From an uncultured Acidiferrobacteraceae bacterium (GTDB lineage Bacteria > Pseudomonadota > Gammaproteobacteria > Acidiferrobacterales > SZUA-150): 64,000 nt of DNA. The notes under the pieces were generated by a model. That model saw nothing but the letters and a program-made list of their open reading frames with translations, was not told where the DNA came from and made no database searches. The first letter of the stretch is position 1, and every line of letters starts with the position of its first letter. Of this stretch, positions 8,651-18,265 are shown one piece after another. Location: contig CAJVXY010000013.1 of the NCBI GenBank assembly GCA_913009895.1, positions 42-64,041 on the forward strand, read 5' to 3'. Position numbers and translations under genes: made by a program.

Positions 8651-9865
8651 TCAGGTCGTTGGTGTTGAATGTGGATCAACTACCTCGTTGGCAAGGCTTT
8701 GAGGCAAGAAGGGCAGAATCTTAATCGCAAAAGTTGCTGCTGCCAGGGCAATGCCCACACCACCAATACCGAGTAGTATTTCAGCGGGTGTCGCCGTGTA
8801 ATTACCGGTCTGGCCATCGCCAAAACTGCTGCTCACTTCCATACCTGGGAAGATTTGTAACGGGTATGCCTGACCGCCAATTATAATTACATATAATTGT
8901 GCTAATCCGCCGAATACAACAAGAAGGGCGCCAAACGAAAGCATAAGTCGCGATTTGTAAAACACCGGCACATAAAATATGAGCAAGGGAATAAGACTAC
9001 CGATAATAATCTGATCGATCCAGAATACTTTTGTATAGATTCCGCCATCAAGCAGAATAAATCGTTCGATACCACTATGTTCGGCGAGATAGAGGTTTGT
9101 TAAATGATAGACCAGTACAAAATAAAGTACCGAGATAACGAATATGCCCAATAATTTTCTAAGTCTGTTTACAATTACATCGCCAAGGGGTCTGCCAGTC
9201 AGGTGATACGTGGCAATTAAGTATATTAAAAAGATTGCCAGGCCAAATGAAAATGACATGATAATAAACATGGGCGCCATAATTGCTGCATCATAAGCGG
9301 ATCGAGCAACAAGAAAACCGAAAATAGAACCGGTACCAGTTGTTAAGGTCAGTCGCCATATGAATGCACCCATACCAGCCGCGCGATTATATTTTTTCAA
9401 ATTATGCTGCATCATAGTCCAGATATAGATGCCGACTACTGCAATAAAACCTGAGTACAAAATCATATTCCAGGCGAATATGGATTTAAAATTATAAATT
9501 GTCATTGAGATAATCAGCCTGTCAGGCCTGCCAAGATCAAGTACGAGTATTGCCAAACCACCAACCAACAATGCGATTGCCAACAATGCAGACAGTCGTG
9601 CAAGTGGCTTATACATCGTTTTTCCAAACACTGATCCAATTGAGGCAACATTTAATGCGCCAGAGGCGGCCACGATCAGGAATACGGCGAATACGTGAGG
9701 CATACCCCAAACGATCTGGTTATTCATTCCGGTTACATAATGTCCGTTGGTCTCCATATAATAGGCAGAGCCCAACCCAGCAGCAATTAAGACGCCAAAG
9801 ATTCCCAGCAATGTCCAGTAACCAAAACTGGTGCCTTTAATCATGTCGTAAGTTAATTGCTTCAT
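8651..9865 (-). CDS. dsrP: DsrP, NrfD/PsrC-like integral membrane subunit of DsrMKJOP
   Basis: 404-aa polytopic membrane protein immediately downstream of dsrO in the dsr cluster. Confidence 0.9.
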   Translation of the reverse strand: MKQLTYDMIKGTSFGYWTLLGIFGVLIAAGLGSAYYMETNGHYVTGMNNQIVWGMPHVFAVFLIVAASGALNVASIGSVFGKTMYKPLARLSALLAIALLVGGLAILVLDLGRPDRLIISMTIYNFKSIFAWNMILYSGFIAVVGIYIWTMMQHNLKKYNRAAGMGAFIWRLTLTTGTGSIFGFLVARSAYDAAIMAPMFIIMSFSFGLAIFLIYLIATYHLTGRPLGDVIVNRLRKLLGIFVISVLYFVLVYHLTNLYLAEHSGIERFILLDGGIYTKVFWIDQIIIGSLIPLLIFYVPVFYKSRLMLSFGALLVVFGGLAQLYVIIIGGQAYPLQIFPGMEVSSSFGDGQTGNYTATPAEILLGIGGVGIALAAATFAIKILPFLPQSLANEVVDPHSTPTT

Positions 9866-9923
9866 ATTATTGCGTATCCTGTAACTTGGTATTTACTATT
9901 TGGCTGATGCGGCCTAAAGGCCA

Positions 9924-10655
9924 CTACAAACCCTGGTAACGTACGCCAGTATTTAAATTTAAATCACTACGCAGTTGCCTGCTAGGTTCAGTCTTCCGCC
10001 GTTTTGCGATTTCTGTTTTTAAATCGCTGAGATCACCAAACAAGATAGCGTCATTCCCGAATTCGGTACAAGCCTCTGCGCAGGCAGTATTGTTATCTCC
10101 GCGATCGATCTTATGAACACACAATGTGCATGACTCAACTGTACCTTTGCCTCTCGGGACATAGGATTTTTGATTTGTTATTTCTTCATGAATAAACGAT
10201 CGTGCCTTGTAAGGGCAGGCCATCATGCAATAACGGCAGCCAATGCAAATATGTTTATCCACCAGGACGATGCCATCTGCTCTTTTAAATGAAGCGCCAG
10301 TTGGGCAGACATCGACACAAGGAGGTTTTTCACAGTGCTGGCACATTACGGGCAAGTAGTGTGTATACCCGGTATCGGGGTCTTTGGCTGTGACCTTGCG
10401 AATCCACTGGGCATCTGTTTCAGGCCGGTTATTGCTGGTTATATTGTGTTCTGTATGACATGCATCAACACAGAATGAACAGCCAGCAGTACATTTTTCG
10501 CTATCGATTAGCAAGCCCCATCTCTTGGCTGTTGATGCGGCTTCTTCAGGGCTGCGAGCTTGCGCAAGTTCAACCAGGTGAATACCAGGTGCAATTGCAG
10601 CGCCCGTTACAGCTGCTGCACCAGCTTGCATGAACTTGCGACGACTGATACTCAT
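9924..10655 (-). CDS. dsrO: DsrO, periplasmic 4Fe-4S ferredoxin subunit (Tat signal)
   Basis: Twin-arginine leader SRRKFMQAGAAA. Several CxxCxxCxxxCP-type clusters (CQHCEKPPCVDVCP, CIGCRYCMMACP). Confidence 0.9.
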   Translation of the reverse strand: MSISRRKFMQAGAAAVTGAAIAPGIHLVELAQARSPEEAASTAKRWGLLIDSEKCTAGCSFCVDACHTEHNITSNNRPETDAQWIRKVTAKDPDTGYTHYLPVMCQHCEKPPCVDVCPTGASFKRADGIVLVDKHICIGCRYCMMACPYKARSFIHEEITNQKSYVPRGKGTVESCTLCVHKIDRGDNNTACAEACTEFGNDAILFGDLSDLKTEIAKRRKTEPSRQLRSDLNLNTGVRYQGL

Positions 10656-11059
10656 TGTTCGGGTTTCCCTTTGATATTGTCTGAAGTTTTGACTTCACGT
10701 TTATCGCTGTGACAACTAAAGCAATCAATCGTTACCGCAGTATAGGTGTGACAGCTTTCGCAAAAACCTTCTTTCCCAAGCACACTGTTTGTTTTTTCAT
10801 CGGCATGACAATCGACGCAATTGCTTAAACTGTATTGCTTGGTTCTTATGCCGTCATACATGGTTATATCACGTTGATGCAGAATTTTATCCATGTGATT
10901 GCGGCGCATCTCATCTGTATCATCTACGCACTTACCGGGCTTGGTAATCTTTATGACAGGTAATGGCGTACGAATATCGTCCGATTTGTCTGCATCAGCT
11001 ACACCTGTCGCAGCGAAGCCAAACAGTAGTACGAAAAGTATTAGAAATCTTGTTATCAT
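10652..11059 (-). CDS. dsrJ: DsrJ, triheme cytochrome c
   Basis: 135 aa with a signal peptide and three CxxCH motifs (CVDCH, CESCH, CFSCH). Overlaps dsrO by 4 nt. Confidence 0.9.
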   Translation of the reverse strand: MITRFLILFVLLFGFAATGVADADKSDDIRTPLPVIKITKPGKCVDDTDEMRRNHMDKILHQRDITMYDGIRTKQYSLSNCVDCHADEKTNSVLGKEGFCESCHTYTAVTIDCFSCHSDKREVKTSDNIKGKPEQ

Positions 11060-11101
11060 AAGATTTTAATTTCCTTTAGTGATCATCCTTAATGATCGCG
11101 C

Positions 11102-13090
11102 CTAATGGTCGCCCAGGCCCATTTTAATATAACCAGTAGGGCAGACGTCTGCGCAAATATGACAGCCAATACAACGGTCATAATCCGTATAAACATAACG
11201 ACCCATGGTCGAATGTTCTTTTGGCGTACGTTTTACAGCTTCCTGAGGACAGTAGATAACACAGTTATCACACTCAAAACACATGCCACAACTCATGCAT
11301 CGTTTGGCTTCAGCGATTGTGGCTTCTTCGCTAAGTCCGGCAATGCGCTCTTCAAAATGACCCAGGACCTGGTTTGAATCCGGGACAGTTTCAACACGTT
11401 TGTTACGATCCTCATGTTCAAAATGGCCCAGGAACAGTTCTGTTGAAGCGACAATTTCGGCATTTCCACGATCTTCGTAGTTATGGACAGCATAATTATC
11501 GTCTATTGTGCCACGCAAACCACGATCTATTGCACGCTCGTCATCAGGTCCGGCCGGTTTATATTCATCAGGCGTATGATTCGTCTCACGTAATTTATCG
11601 AGCAAATCAAAATGGTGCACATCCACCTTGGGACGTTTGACCATTTCTTCATGTTTCAGGTAATGATCAATACTGGTTGCTGCAATTGATGCCTGGCCGA
11701 TTACGGTTGTTAAAAGGTGTGGGCGGATAATATCGCCGCAGGCAAAAAATCCCGGTTTGTCAGGCATTTGATAATGTTTATCGGCATCCATAAGGCCGCG
11801 TTCATTACCAAAACCTTCCAGGCCTTCCATGTCACCTGTTTGACCGATTGCAGATACAATCAGGTCGCACTCAATGTCAAATTCAGACCCTTCGATTACA
11901 ACGCCTTTGCCTGATGAGTAATCCATTTTAGCAACACGGAGCGCAGTTGCACGGCCGTCATCGCTTGTGATTACTTCAATCGGGCTAAGTGATCCCTGGA
12001 TTTCAACACCTTCTCGTGTTGCATCATCAATTTCGTGTTTAGCAGCGGTCATGCCTTCAATTGGCTGGCGAGAAATCAGCATTACATCAGCGCCTTCACG
12101 TGATGCAATTTCAGCTACATCATGGGCAGTATGTCCGAGAACAATATTTTCGGGACGGTCTTTATCATGGATATTGGTGATACGGCCGAGTCGACGAGCA
12201 ACAGATACGACGTCAATAGAAGTATCGCCACCACCTACAACCACGATTTTTCCGGCGACGGTCTTGAGTCGTCCTTCGTTAAATGCCGACAGGAATGCGA
12301 CACCAGACACGCAGTTTGTAACTTTGTCTGCATTGGGAATAGGTAATGCGCGACCGGCCTGTGCACCGATTGCAAATAACACGGCATCAAAATCTTTTTC
12401 CAGCTGGTCAATTGAAATATCCTTACCGACACGGGTATTCATGCGTTTCTCAACACCCATATTAATGATGCGATCCATTTCACCGTCGAGCACGTCTCGA
12501 GGAGTACGGTAGCCCGGAATGCCATAACGCATCATGCCGCCCAGGTCTTTGTGGTCATCAAACAAGGTAACTCCATGGCCCATGCGACGGAGTTGATATG
12601 CTGCGGCTAGTCCTGCAGGACCACCACCAATTACAGCAACTTTTTTTCCTGATTCTTTACCAGCAGTAAATGCGAGTTTATTGGTCAGGGCCCAATCGCC
12701 AATAAATTGTTCGACAGAGTTTATGCCAACAAAGTCTTCGACTTCATTACGGTTACAACCGTCTTCACAGGGCGCGGGGCAAACTCGACCCATTACTGAT
12801 GGAAATGGGTTGGCGTCAGTTGAACGACGAAATGCGTATTCCTGCCAATCAAGGCCTTCCGCAGGTTTTTCTATCCCGCGAACGATGTTCAACCAGCCCC
12901 GGATGTCCTCACCTGAGGGGCAGCTGCCCTGGCATGGAGGTGTTTTGTGAATATAAGTAGGACATTTATAGGTAGTATCAGCATCAAAAATTTCTTGTTG
13001 CCAGGGAAGATGTTTGTAATCACCATCTTCATACCTGCGAAAGGTATGTTCCATGCTGTCTTTATTTGCTTTGTCTGCCGGAGTCGCCAT
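11102..13090 (-). CDS. dsrL: DsrL, NAD(P)H:acceptor oxidoreductase (glutamate synthase small-subunit-like, C-terminal ferredoxin domain)
   Basis: 662 aa. FAD/NAD motifs VAVIGGGPAGLAAA and VVVGGGDTSIDV. C-terminal CMSCGMCFECDNCVIYCP and CIGCHICADVCP. Confidence 0.9.
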   Translation of the reverse strand: MATPADKANKDSMEHTFRRYEDGDYKHLPWQQEIFDADTTYKCPTYIHKTPPCQGSCPSGEDIRGWLNIVRGIEKPAEGLDWQEYAFRRSTDANPFPSVMGRVCPAPCEDGCNRNEVEDFVGINSVEQFIGDWALTNKLAFTAGKESGKKVAVIGGGPAGLAAAYQLRRMGHGVTLFDDHKDLGGMMRYGIPGYRTPRDVLDGEMDRIINMGVEKRMNTRVGKDISIDQLEKDFDAVLFAIGAQAGRALPIPNADKVTNCVSGVAFLSAFNEGRLKTVAGKIVVVGGGDTSIDVVSVARRLGRITNIHDKDRPENIVLGHTAHDVAEIASREGADVMLISRQPIEGMTAAKHEIDDATREGVEIQGSLSPIEVITSDDGRATALRVAKMDYSSGKGVVIEGSEFDIECDLIVSAIGQTGDMEGLEGFGNERGLMDADKHYQMPDKPGFFACGDIIRPHLLTTVIGQASIAATSIDHYLKHEEMVKRPKVDVHHFDLLDKLRETNHTPDEYKPAGPDDERAIDRGLRGTIDDNYAVHNYEDRGNAEIVASTELFLGHFEHEDRNKRVETVPDSNQVLGHFEERIAGLSEEATIAEAKRCMSCGMCFECDNCVIYCPQEAVKRTPKEHSTMGRYVYTDYDRCIGCHICADVCPTGYIKMGLGDH

Positions 13091-13160
13091 CAGTTTGTCT
13101 CCTTATAAAATTCTATGTTTATAAAAACTCTTTTAAGAGTTTATATTCAGGTTAAAAAAA

Positions 13161-14666
13161 TTAATCTTTTTCGCCAAGCTGGATAGCCGTGCTAACCAGT
13201 TGGTGAAGACTGCCAATCATATCCATTGGAAAGTCGTAATAGGGTAATACTTTTGAAAATTGACTCTTACAAATTGCACAAATCGCAGTCAGGTAATTTA
13301 CGCCATGGTCATCTATGACATGTTTGAGTGCTTCCATTCTTGGCATTGCGCCCTTAACACGCAGTTCTACCAGGTCATCTGTTAACAGGCCGCCACCGCC
13401 ACCGCAACAGAACGTGTTTTCATGGATAGTTTCAGGCGCCATGTCGTGGAAATTATTGGCCACTGATTTAATAATATCTCTTGGTATCGAGAATTGACCG
13501 CCTGGAATATTGCCCATTCGCGATGCTCGTGAAACATTACAGGAATCATGAAACGTAATAATACGATGATCGTTTGCTTCTTTATCAATTTTTAGTGCGC
13601 CACGTGCTATCAGGTCATGCGTAAGCTCGCAAATGTGCTGGGGGATCGGGTAATTTGGGTCCAGAAAATCAAACGGCCCAATCAGGGTATTCCAGAAATT
13701 GTAGGCAACACGCCAAGCGTGTCCGCATTCACCAGCCACGATACGTTTGACGCCAAGATCAATTGCAGCATCACGAATACGCATGGCCTGTTTTTTAAGA
13801 TTGTCGCCACTGCCAATGAACATTGAGAAATTGGCAGCTTCAGAGGCGTACGAGCTTAAGGTCCAGCTGATACCAGCTTGATGAAATACCTTGGCATAAC
13901 CAATCAAGCCATCGATATGCGGTTCGGCAAAAAAATCGGCTGATGGCGTAATAAGAAGGACATCGGCACCTTTTACGTCTACTGGAAACTTTACATCTAT
14001 GCCTGTTTCATCTTTAACATCTTCTTCAAGGCCTTCCATTGTGTTCACAAGTGCTGGTTCGGGTAGTCCCAGATTGTTACCAATCTTGTGGGCCTTGACA
14101 ATAATTTCGTTATTGTATTTTGAACCGATACCGATTGTATCCATGATCTCGCGGGCGGCCATGGAGATTTCGGCAGTATCAATTCCGTAGGGGCAAAAAA
14201 CTGAACAACGTCGGCATTGAGAACACTGATGGAAGTAGGTATACCAGTCGTCCAGTACTTCTTTGGTGAGATCTGCTGCACCAACAAATCCAGGAATGCC
14301 AAGGGCGCCGAAAAATTTGCCAGCAAACGTGTAATGACGACGATAAACCTTGCGCAACAAGTCCTGTCTTGCAACAGGCATATTTTTCGGGTCACTGGTG
14401 CCCAGGTAGTAGTGGCACTTGTCAGTACAGGCACCACACTTGACGCAAATATCCAAAAACACCTGGAGTGCCCTGGAATTTTTAACCATGTCTCCAATTT
14501 TGGCGATGGCCTTGTCATGCCAGTCGTCAACCAACTCACCAGGAAATCCGATACCCGTGTTGTGATCAGGTTTGGACTTGAATGGACTGAGGTGGGCCAT
14601 CGAGCCTGGCTGAATAACCGGAATAACCGGGTATTCTTTCAGTACTGGTACATCAAAATCCGCCAC
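13161..14666 (-). CDS. dsrK: DsrK, HdrD-like Fe-S (CCG-domain) catalytic subunit
   Basis: 501 aa. CVKCGACTDKCH and CSQCRRCSVFCP ferredoxin motifs. CCG-type motif FCCGGGGG near the C-terminus. Confidence 0.9.
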   Translation of the reverse strand: MADFDVPVLKEYPVIPVIQPGSMAHLSPFKSKPDHNTGIGFPGELVDDWHDKAIAKIGDMVKNSRALQVFLDICVKCGACTDKCHYYLGTSDPKNMPVARQDLLRKVYRRHYTFAGKFFGALGIPGFVGAADLTKEVLDDWYTYFHQCSQCRRCSVFCPYGIDTAEISMAAREIMDTIGIGSKYNNEIIVKAHKIGNNLGLPEPALVNTMEGLEEDVKDETGIDVKFPVDVKGADVLLITPSADFFAEPHIDGLIGYAKVFHQAGISWTLSSYASEAANFSMFIGSGDNLKKQAMRIRDAAIDLGVKRIVAGECGHAWRVAYNFWNTLIGPFDFLDPNYPIPQHICELTHDLIARGALKIDKEANDHRIITFHDSCNVSRASRMGNIPGGQFSIPRDIIKSVANNFHDMAPETIHENTFCCGGGGGLLTDDLVELRVKGAMPRMEALKHVIDDHGVNYLTAICAICKSQFSKVLPYYDFPMDMIGSLHQLVSTAIQLGEKD

Positions 14667-14684
14667 TCAAAAAACTCCCTAAAA

Positions 14685-15452
14685 CTATACCGGTTTACTG
14701 GTAGCTGAATCATCAGCAGTCCAGCCTTGAATGTGTCTATGCTCACGAGGATTATCAACCTGATTTCGTGTCGGGCTGAAAAACACACCCGGAGCGTGTA
14801 ATAACTTGCTAATGGGAAAAATAAACATCAGGGTAATTACCAGTCCCAAATGAATCATTAATATAGTATCAGTTGGCATGGCCTGGATATTATTCCAGTC
14901 AAAATAGACCAGGCTCAACAAGAAAGACTTGAGCATGATGACATCGATACGTTCGACAAACGTCATGAGCAAGCCGGTAGTGGCAATACCTATGATTAAC
15001 AGGAGCATCAGGTGGTCGGAGGGGCTTGTGATGTAACGCACGCGATCAACAAAAATGCGACGCCCAATCAATCCGAGCAAGCCGACTACCATGGCAAAAC
15101 CGGCATATTTACCTAAGGCCTGCACCAGTTCCAGGTTAATGATTGGCCATATAAATGATTCTGGGGAAAGGGCGTAGCGAAGGTGTCTGAAAAATGCCAA
15201 TAACAGGGATAAATGGAACATCCAGCCGAAAATCCAGGTCCATTTACTGGACTTGAACAGGCTTTCAAAGACAGTCACTTCCTTGGCAATGCGCCAGGCG
15301 ACCCCTGCCTTGGTTACCGGAGCAGGTGTCGTGGGAATTTTTAACGGCTGTGGTGTGCGTGCATAAATGACAATTTTGCGTACGACACCAATTAACAGCA
15401 CCGCAAAAGCAACATATAACAGAACCGCATAGAGCATCGTTACAGATGACAT
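14685..15452 (-). CDS. dsrM: DsrM, NarI-like dihaem cytochrome b membrane subunit
   Basis: 255-aa membrane protein with conserved His in TM helices. Lies between dsrC and dsrK. Confidence 0.9.
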   Translation of the reverse strand: MSSVTMLYAVLLYVAFAVLLIGVVRKIVIYARTPQPLKIPTTPAPVTKAGVAWRIAKEVTVFESLFKSSKWTWIFGWMFHLSLLLAFFRHLRYALSPESFIWPIINLELVQALGKYAGFAMVVGLLGLIGRRIFVDRVRYITSPSDHLMLLLIIGIATTGLLMTFVERIDVIMLKSFLLSLVYFDWNNIQAMPTDTILMIHLGLVITLMFIFPISKLLHAPGVFFSPTRNQVDNPREHRHIQGWTADDSATSKPV

Positions 15453-15524
15453 GGATAAAACTCCGGAATCAACAATCTGAAAACAGGGCGGTCAAACACC
15501 GCCCCGTTAATCAAATTTATGCCT

Positions 15525-15860
15525 TTATACGCAACCAGTAGGCTTGGGCAAACCAGCATACTTACATGCTTGTTTGGCTGGGCCATATGGGAAAAGTTCG
15601 TACAGGTATTTACTGTTGCCCTTGTCTGGACCCAATTTTTTGCCAATGGCTTTGGTCAGAACACGTACTGCAGGTGCAATCTGGTATTCTTCATAATATT
15701 CACGCAGGAACTTAATAACTTCCCAGTGATTATCGGACAGTTCACAGTCATCAATCTTAGCCATTTCGGTAGCAATTTCTTCGTTCCAATCACCACGGTC
15801 AGCCAGATAACCTTCTTCATCTACTTCAACGGCATTTCCAGCAACATCAATCGTAGCCAT
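15525..15860 (-). CDS. dsrC: DsrC, sulfur-carrier/substrate protein of DsrAB
   Basis: 111 aa. The canonical C-terminal arm ...QACKYAGLPKPTGCV has both conserved cysteines. Confidence 0.95.
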   Translation of the reverse strand: MATIDVAGNAVEVDEEGYLADRGDWNEEIATEMAKIDDCELSDNHWEVIKFLREYYEEYQIAPAVRVLTKAIGKKLGPDKGNSKYLYELFPYGPAKQACKYAGLPKPTGCV

Positions 15861-15947
15861 TTTGTATTCTCCTATCAGTCGGTATTAAAAAAAATTAAAA
15901 GTAAAGTATAAAGTAAAGTATATTGGGATATAAATTAAATATAAATC

Positions 15948-16250
15948 TTACAGCCAGGCCTCAACAGCTTTATTTTCTGCTGCCAAATCAACAAAACCTG
16001 CGTAATCGATCAAAGTAATACCATCCAGGACTCTGTCCTGAACGCCTCGCGCCTTAATGTCCGGTTCAAGCGCGTAGACTTTTTTGGTTTTCATGGCATT
16101 TTCTATATCAGAAGATATTTTAGTACCTTTGAGGGCGCCATAAACACCGTCTTCTATTAACAAGATTGCGCTACCGTCTTTTGATAATCGCAAGCAACTT
16201 CCCAACGCAGCATGTTGAAAAGGGGATTTGTTTACTGTGTGTAGTAACAT
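15948..16250 (-). CDS. dsrH: DsrH, sulfurtransferase complex subunit
   Basis: 100 aa. MLLHTVNKSPF...ILLIEDGVYGA is a TusB/DsrH-like pattern. Position follows dsrF. Confidence 0.85.
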   Translation of the reverse strand: MLLHTVNKSPFQHAALGSCLRLSKDGSAILLIEDGVYGALKGTKISSDIENAMKTKKVYALEPDIKARGVQDRVLDGITLIDYAGFVDLAAENKAVEAWL

Positions 16251-16259
16251 TTAGCTCTC

Positions 16260-16655
16260 CTAAAAACTTAAAACAACATCCTGATCTTCCATCAAGTCCT
16301 GTAGTTGCGCGGAACTAAGTACTTCTACAGGAACAATAAGATCATCAGCCGTCATACCACGTTCTTCCAGTGACTCTTTTTCAACGTACAATTTCTCAAC
16401 ATCGTACATTTCAAGTGCCCTGTAAGTTGGTGAGAAATTTTTCATTTCTATACCTGCGGTATCCTGGCCTTTTGTTAGCTGATAAATACCATCATCGGCA
16501 AAAACAACACTGACATCCTGTTCAAATGCCGCGCCAATCAGGACAACTTCCAGAGACTCCAATGCGTAAATTGTTCCATAAGGTGCTTTTCTGTTTATGT
16601 AACAGAATTTCTTGATTACGCCACCACCACCTTCTTCCATCATTTCTTCTGACAT
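16260..16655 (-). CDS. dsrF: DsrF, sulfurtransferase complex subunit
   Basis: 131 aa, TusC/DsrF-like (KKFCYINRKAPYGT...). Lies between dsrE and dsrH. Confidence 0.85.
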   Translation of the reverse strand: MSEEMMEEGGGGVIKKFCYINRKAPYGTIYALESLEVVLIGAAFEQDVSVVFADDGIYQLTKGQDTAGIEMKNFSPTYRALEMYDVEKLYVEKESLEERGMTADDLIVPVEVLSSAQLQDLMEDQDVVLSF

Positions 16656-16667
16656 TACTGTGTCCCC

Positions 16668-17060
16668 TTAATCGCCAAATGTAACCAGGCGTTCGCACTG
16701 AATGCCTGCTTCAACTAATTGGCCTAAACCAGAAATACGAAAACCGGGCGCAAGATTGTCGCCATCTTTTCCGTTACGTTTGGCCTCTTCGGCATCTGCA
16801 ATGCCGCGACGTTGAGCCGCTGCCACACAAACCACGAGATCAAGTTTGTGTTTTTCAGCCAGCTCAGACCAGCGATTTACAATGTGGCGTTCATCTTGTG
16901 GCGGCGTTGTTAATCGTGTGCCATTGTTTACGCCATCGTGGTAGAAGAAAATACGATAAATTTCGTGTCCTTTTTCCAGTGCCGCCTTGGTAAACAAATA
17001 AGCACTATCAGCGGCCTGGTGTGTATAAGGCCCTTCACTAACGAGAATCCCAAACTTCAT
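16668..17060 (-). CDS. dsrE: DsrE, sulfurtransferase complex subunit
   Basis: 130 aa, TusD/DsrE-like, with the active-site Cys context LDLVVCVAAAQRRG. Confidence 0.9.
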   Translation of the reverse strand: MKFGILVSEGPYTHQAADSAYLFTKAALEKGHEIYRIFFYHDGVNNGTRLTTPPQDERHIVNRWSELAEKHKLDLVVCVAAAQRRGIADAEEAKRNGKDGDNLAPGFRISGLGQLVEAGIQCERLVTFGD

Positions 17061-17105
17061 TGGATTGTTGTCCCCCTGAGCTAGCTATTAATTATCAGCT
17101 TCTTT

Positions 17106-18179
17106 TTAGAAGCGAATGTGAGTTGATGCGTTCAAATTTCTTCGAGAACCAGTCCAGTCATCAATGTGGTACTTGGTGAATGGTAAGTCAGTCAGCTCGA
17201 AAAAACGTGGCCAGCCAATACGGTCAATCCAGTCTCCAACACGTTCCCAGTCAGTGGCATCTTCTTTATAAATTTTAAGAATATTTTTAACGATTGCGCC
17301 AACTTCAGGCCAACGAGGCGGGTTATTCGGGATACCAGCAGCAACGAGTTTATGGAAACTTGGTTTGCTACGTGCATTAGAATGTTTACCGCCAACCCAG
17401 ATGGCAAGTTTTGAATGCTCTGGATCGTTGATTTGCATGGGCGGGCAAGGCGGGAAACAGGCGCCACAACAAATACATTTTTTCTCGTCCACTTCAAGAG
17501 AAGGTTTGCCATTAACAATGGCCGGTCTGATTGCAGCAACCGGACAACGCGCCACAACAGAAGGGCGTTCACAGGCATTTGCTACCAGGTCGTGATTAAT
17601 CTTGGGTGGTTTTGTATGCTGTATGTTGATCGCAATATCGCCCTGGCCGCCGCAGTTAATCTGGCAACAAGAAGTGGTGATATGGACGCGGTTAGGCATT
17701 TCTTCGCTTTTGAATTCGTCATAGAGCTCGTCCATTAAGGCCTTAACCACACCAGAGGCGTCAGTACCTGGAATATCGCAATGTAACCAGCCCTGTGTGT
17801 GGGAGATCATGGTTACAGAAGGACCGGTGCCGCCAACGGGATATCCTGCATCCTCAAAGGCCTGAATCAGTGGTTCAACTTTTGACTCTTCGGTCACCAT
17901 GATTTCCATGTTTGAGCGAATCGTGAAACGCACATAACCGTCTGCATGCTTGTCGATAATGTCGCAAAGCAGATTGATTTCGTATGGGCCAAGCTGACGC
18001 TGGGTGCCAACACGTACGGTCCAGACTTCATCACCGCTTTTAGCGACGTGATGTAAAACGCCAGGACGGGGACGTTCATGATATTTCCAGCTGCCAAAAT
18101 TCTTGATGAATGTTGGATGCATGTATTGGAACCCGTCTGGACAACCGGTTTCTATTGGTTGGCGTGGTTTATCGGCCAT
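17106..18179 (-). CDS. dsrB: reverse-type dissimilatory sulfite reductase beta subunit
   Basis: 357 aa with sirohaem/Fe-S and ferredoxin-insert cysteine motifs (CCQINCGG, CICCGACFPPCP). Immediately after dsrA. Confidence 0.95.
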   Translation of the reverse strand: MADKPRQPIETGCPDGFQYMHPTFIKNFGSWKYHERPRPGVLHHVAKSGDEVWTVRVGTQRQLGPYEINLLCDIIDKHADGYVRFTIRSNMEIMVTEESKVEPLIQAFEDAGYPVGGTGPSVTMISHTQGWLHCDIPGTDASGVVKALMDELYDEFKSEEMPNRVHITTSCCQINCGGQGDIAINIQHTKPPKINHDLVANACERPSVVARCPVAAIRPAIVNGKPSLEVDEKKCICCGACFPPCPPMQINDPEHSKLAIWVGGKHSNARSKPSFHKLVAAGIPNNPPRWPEVGAIVKNILKIYKEDATDWERVGDWIDRIGWPRFFELTDLPFTKYHIDDWTGSRRNLNASTHIRF

Positions 18180-18265
18180 TTGTAACCTCCAAAGAAGTTT
18201 AGTATTTGGTTAAATTCTTATTAAAAGACCCGCGCTGCTTTATCACAGTGCGGGCCATATCTATT

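Noticed and set aside
11967-12512. 181-aa plus-strand ORF. Similar long ORFs occur at 14045-14539, 14217-14708, 18360-18803, 28881-29318, 53289-53783 and 45753-46136.
   Set aside because: All lie entirely antisense to, or out of frame within, strongly supported genes (dsrL, dsrK, dsrA, the OmpA-family gene, radA, rnr). Their Ser/Arg/Pro-rich shadow-frame composition shows no motifs. I treat them as non-coding shadows.
15440-15646. 68-aa minus-strand ORF bridging the dsrM start and the dsrC end.
   Set aside because: It overlaps the dsrC 3' end out of frame and the dsrM start. It has no RBS or motif. The dsrC-dsrM spacer is better read as non-coding.
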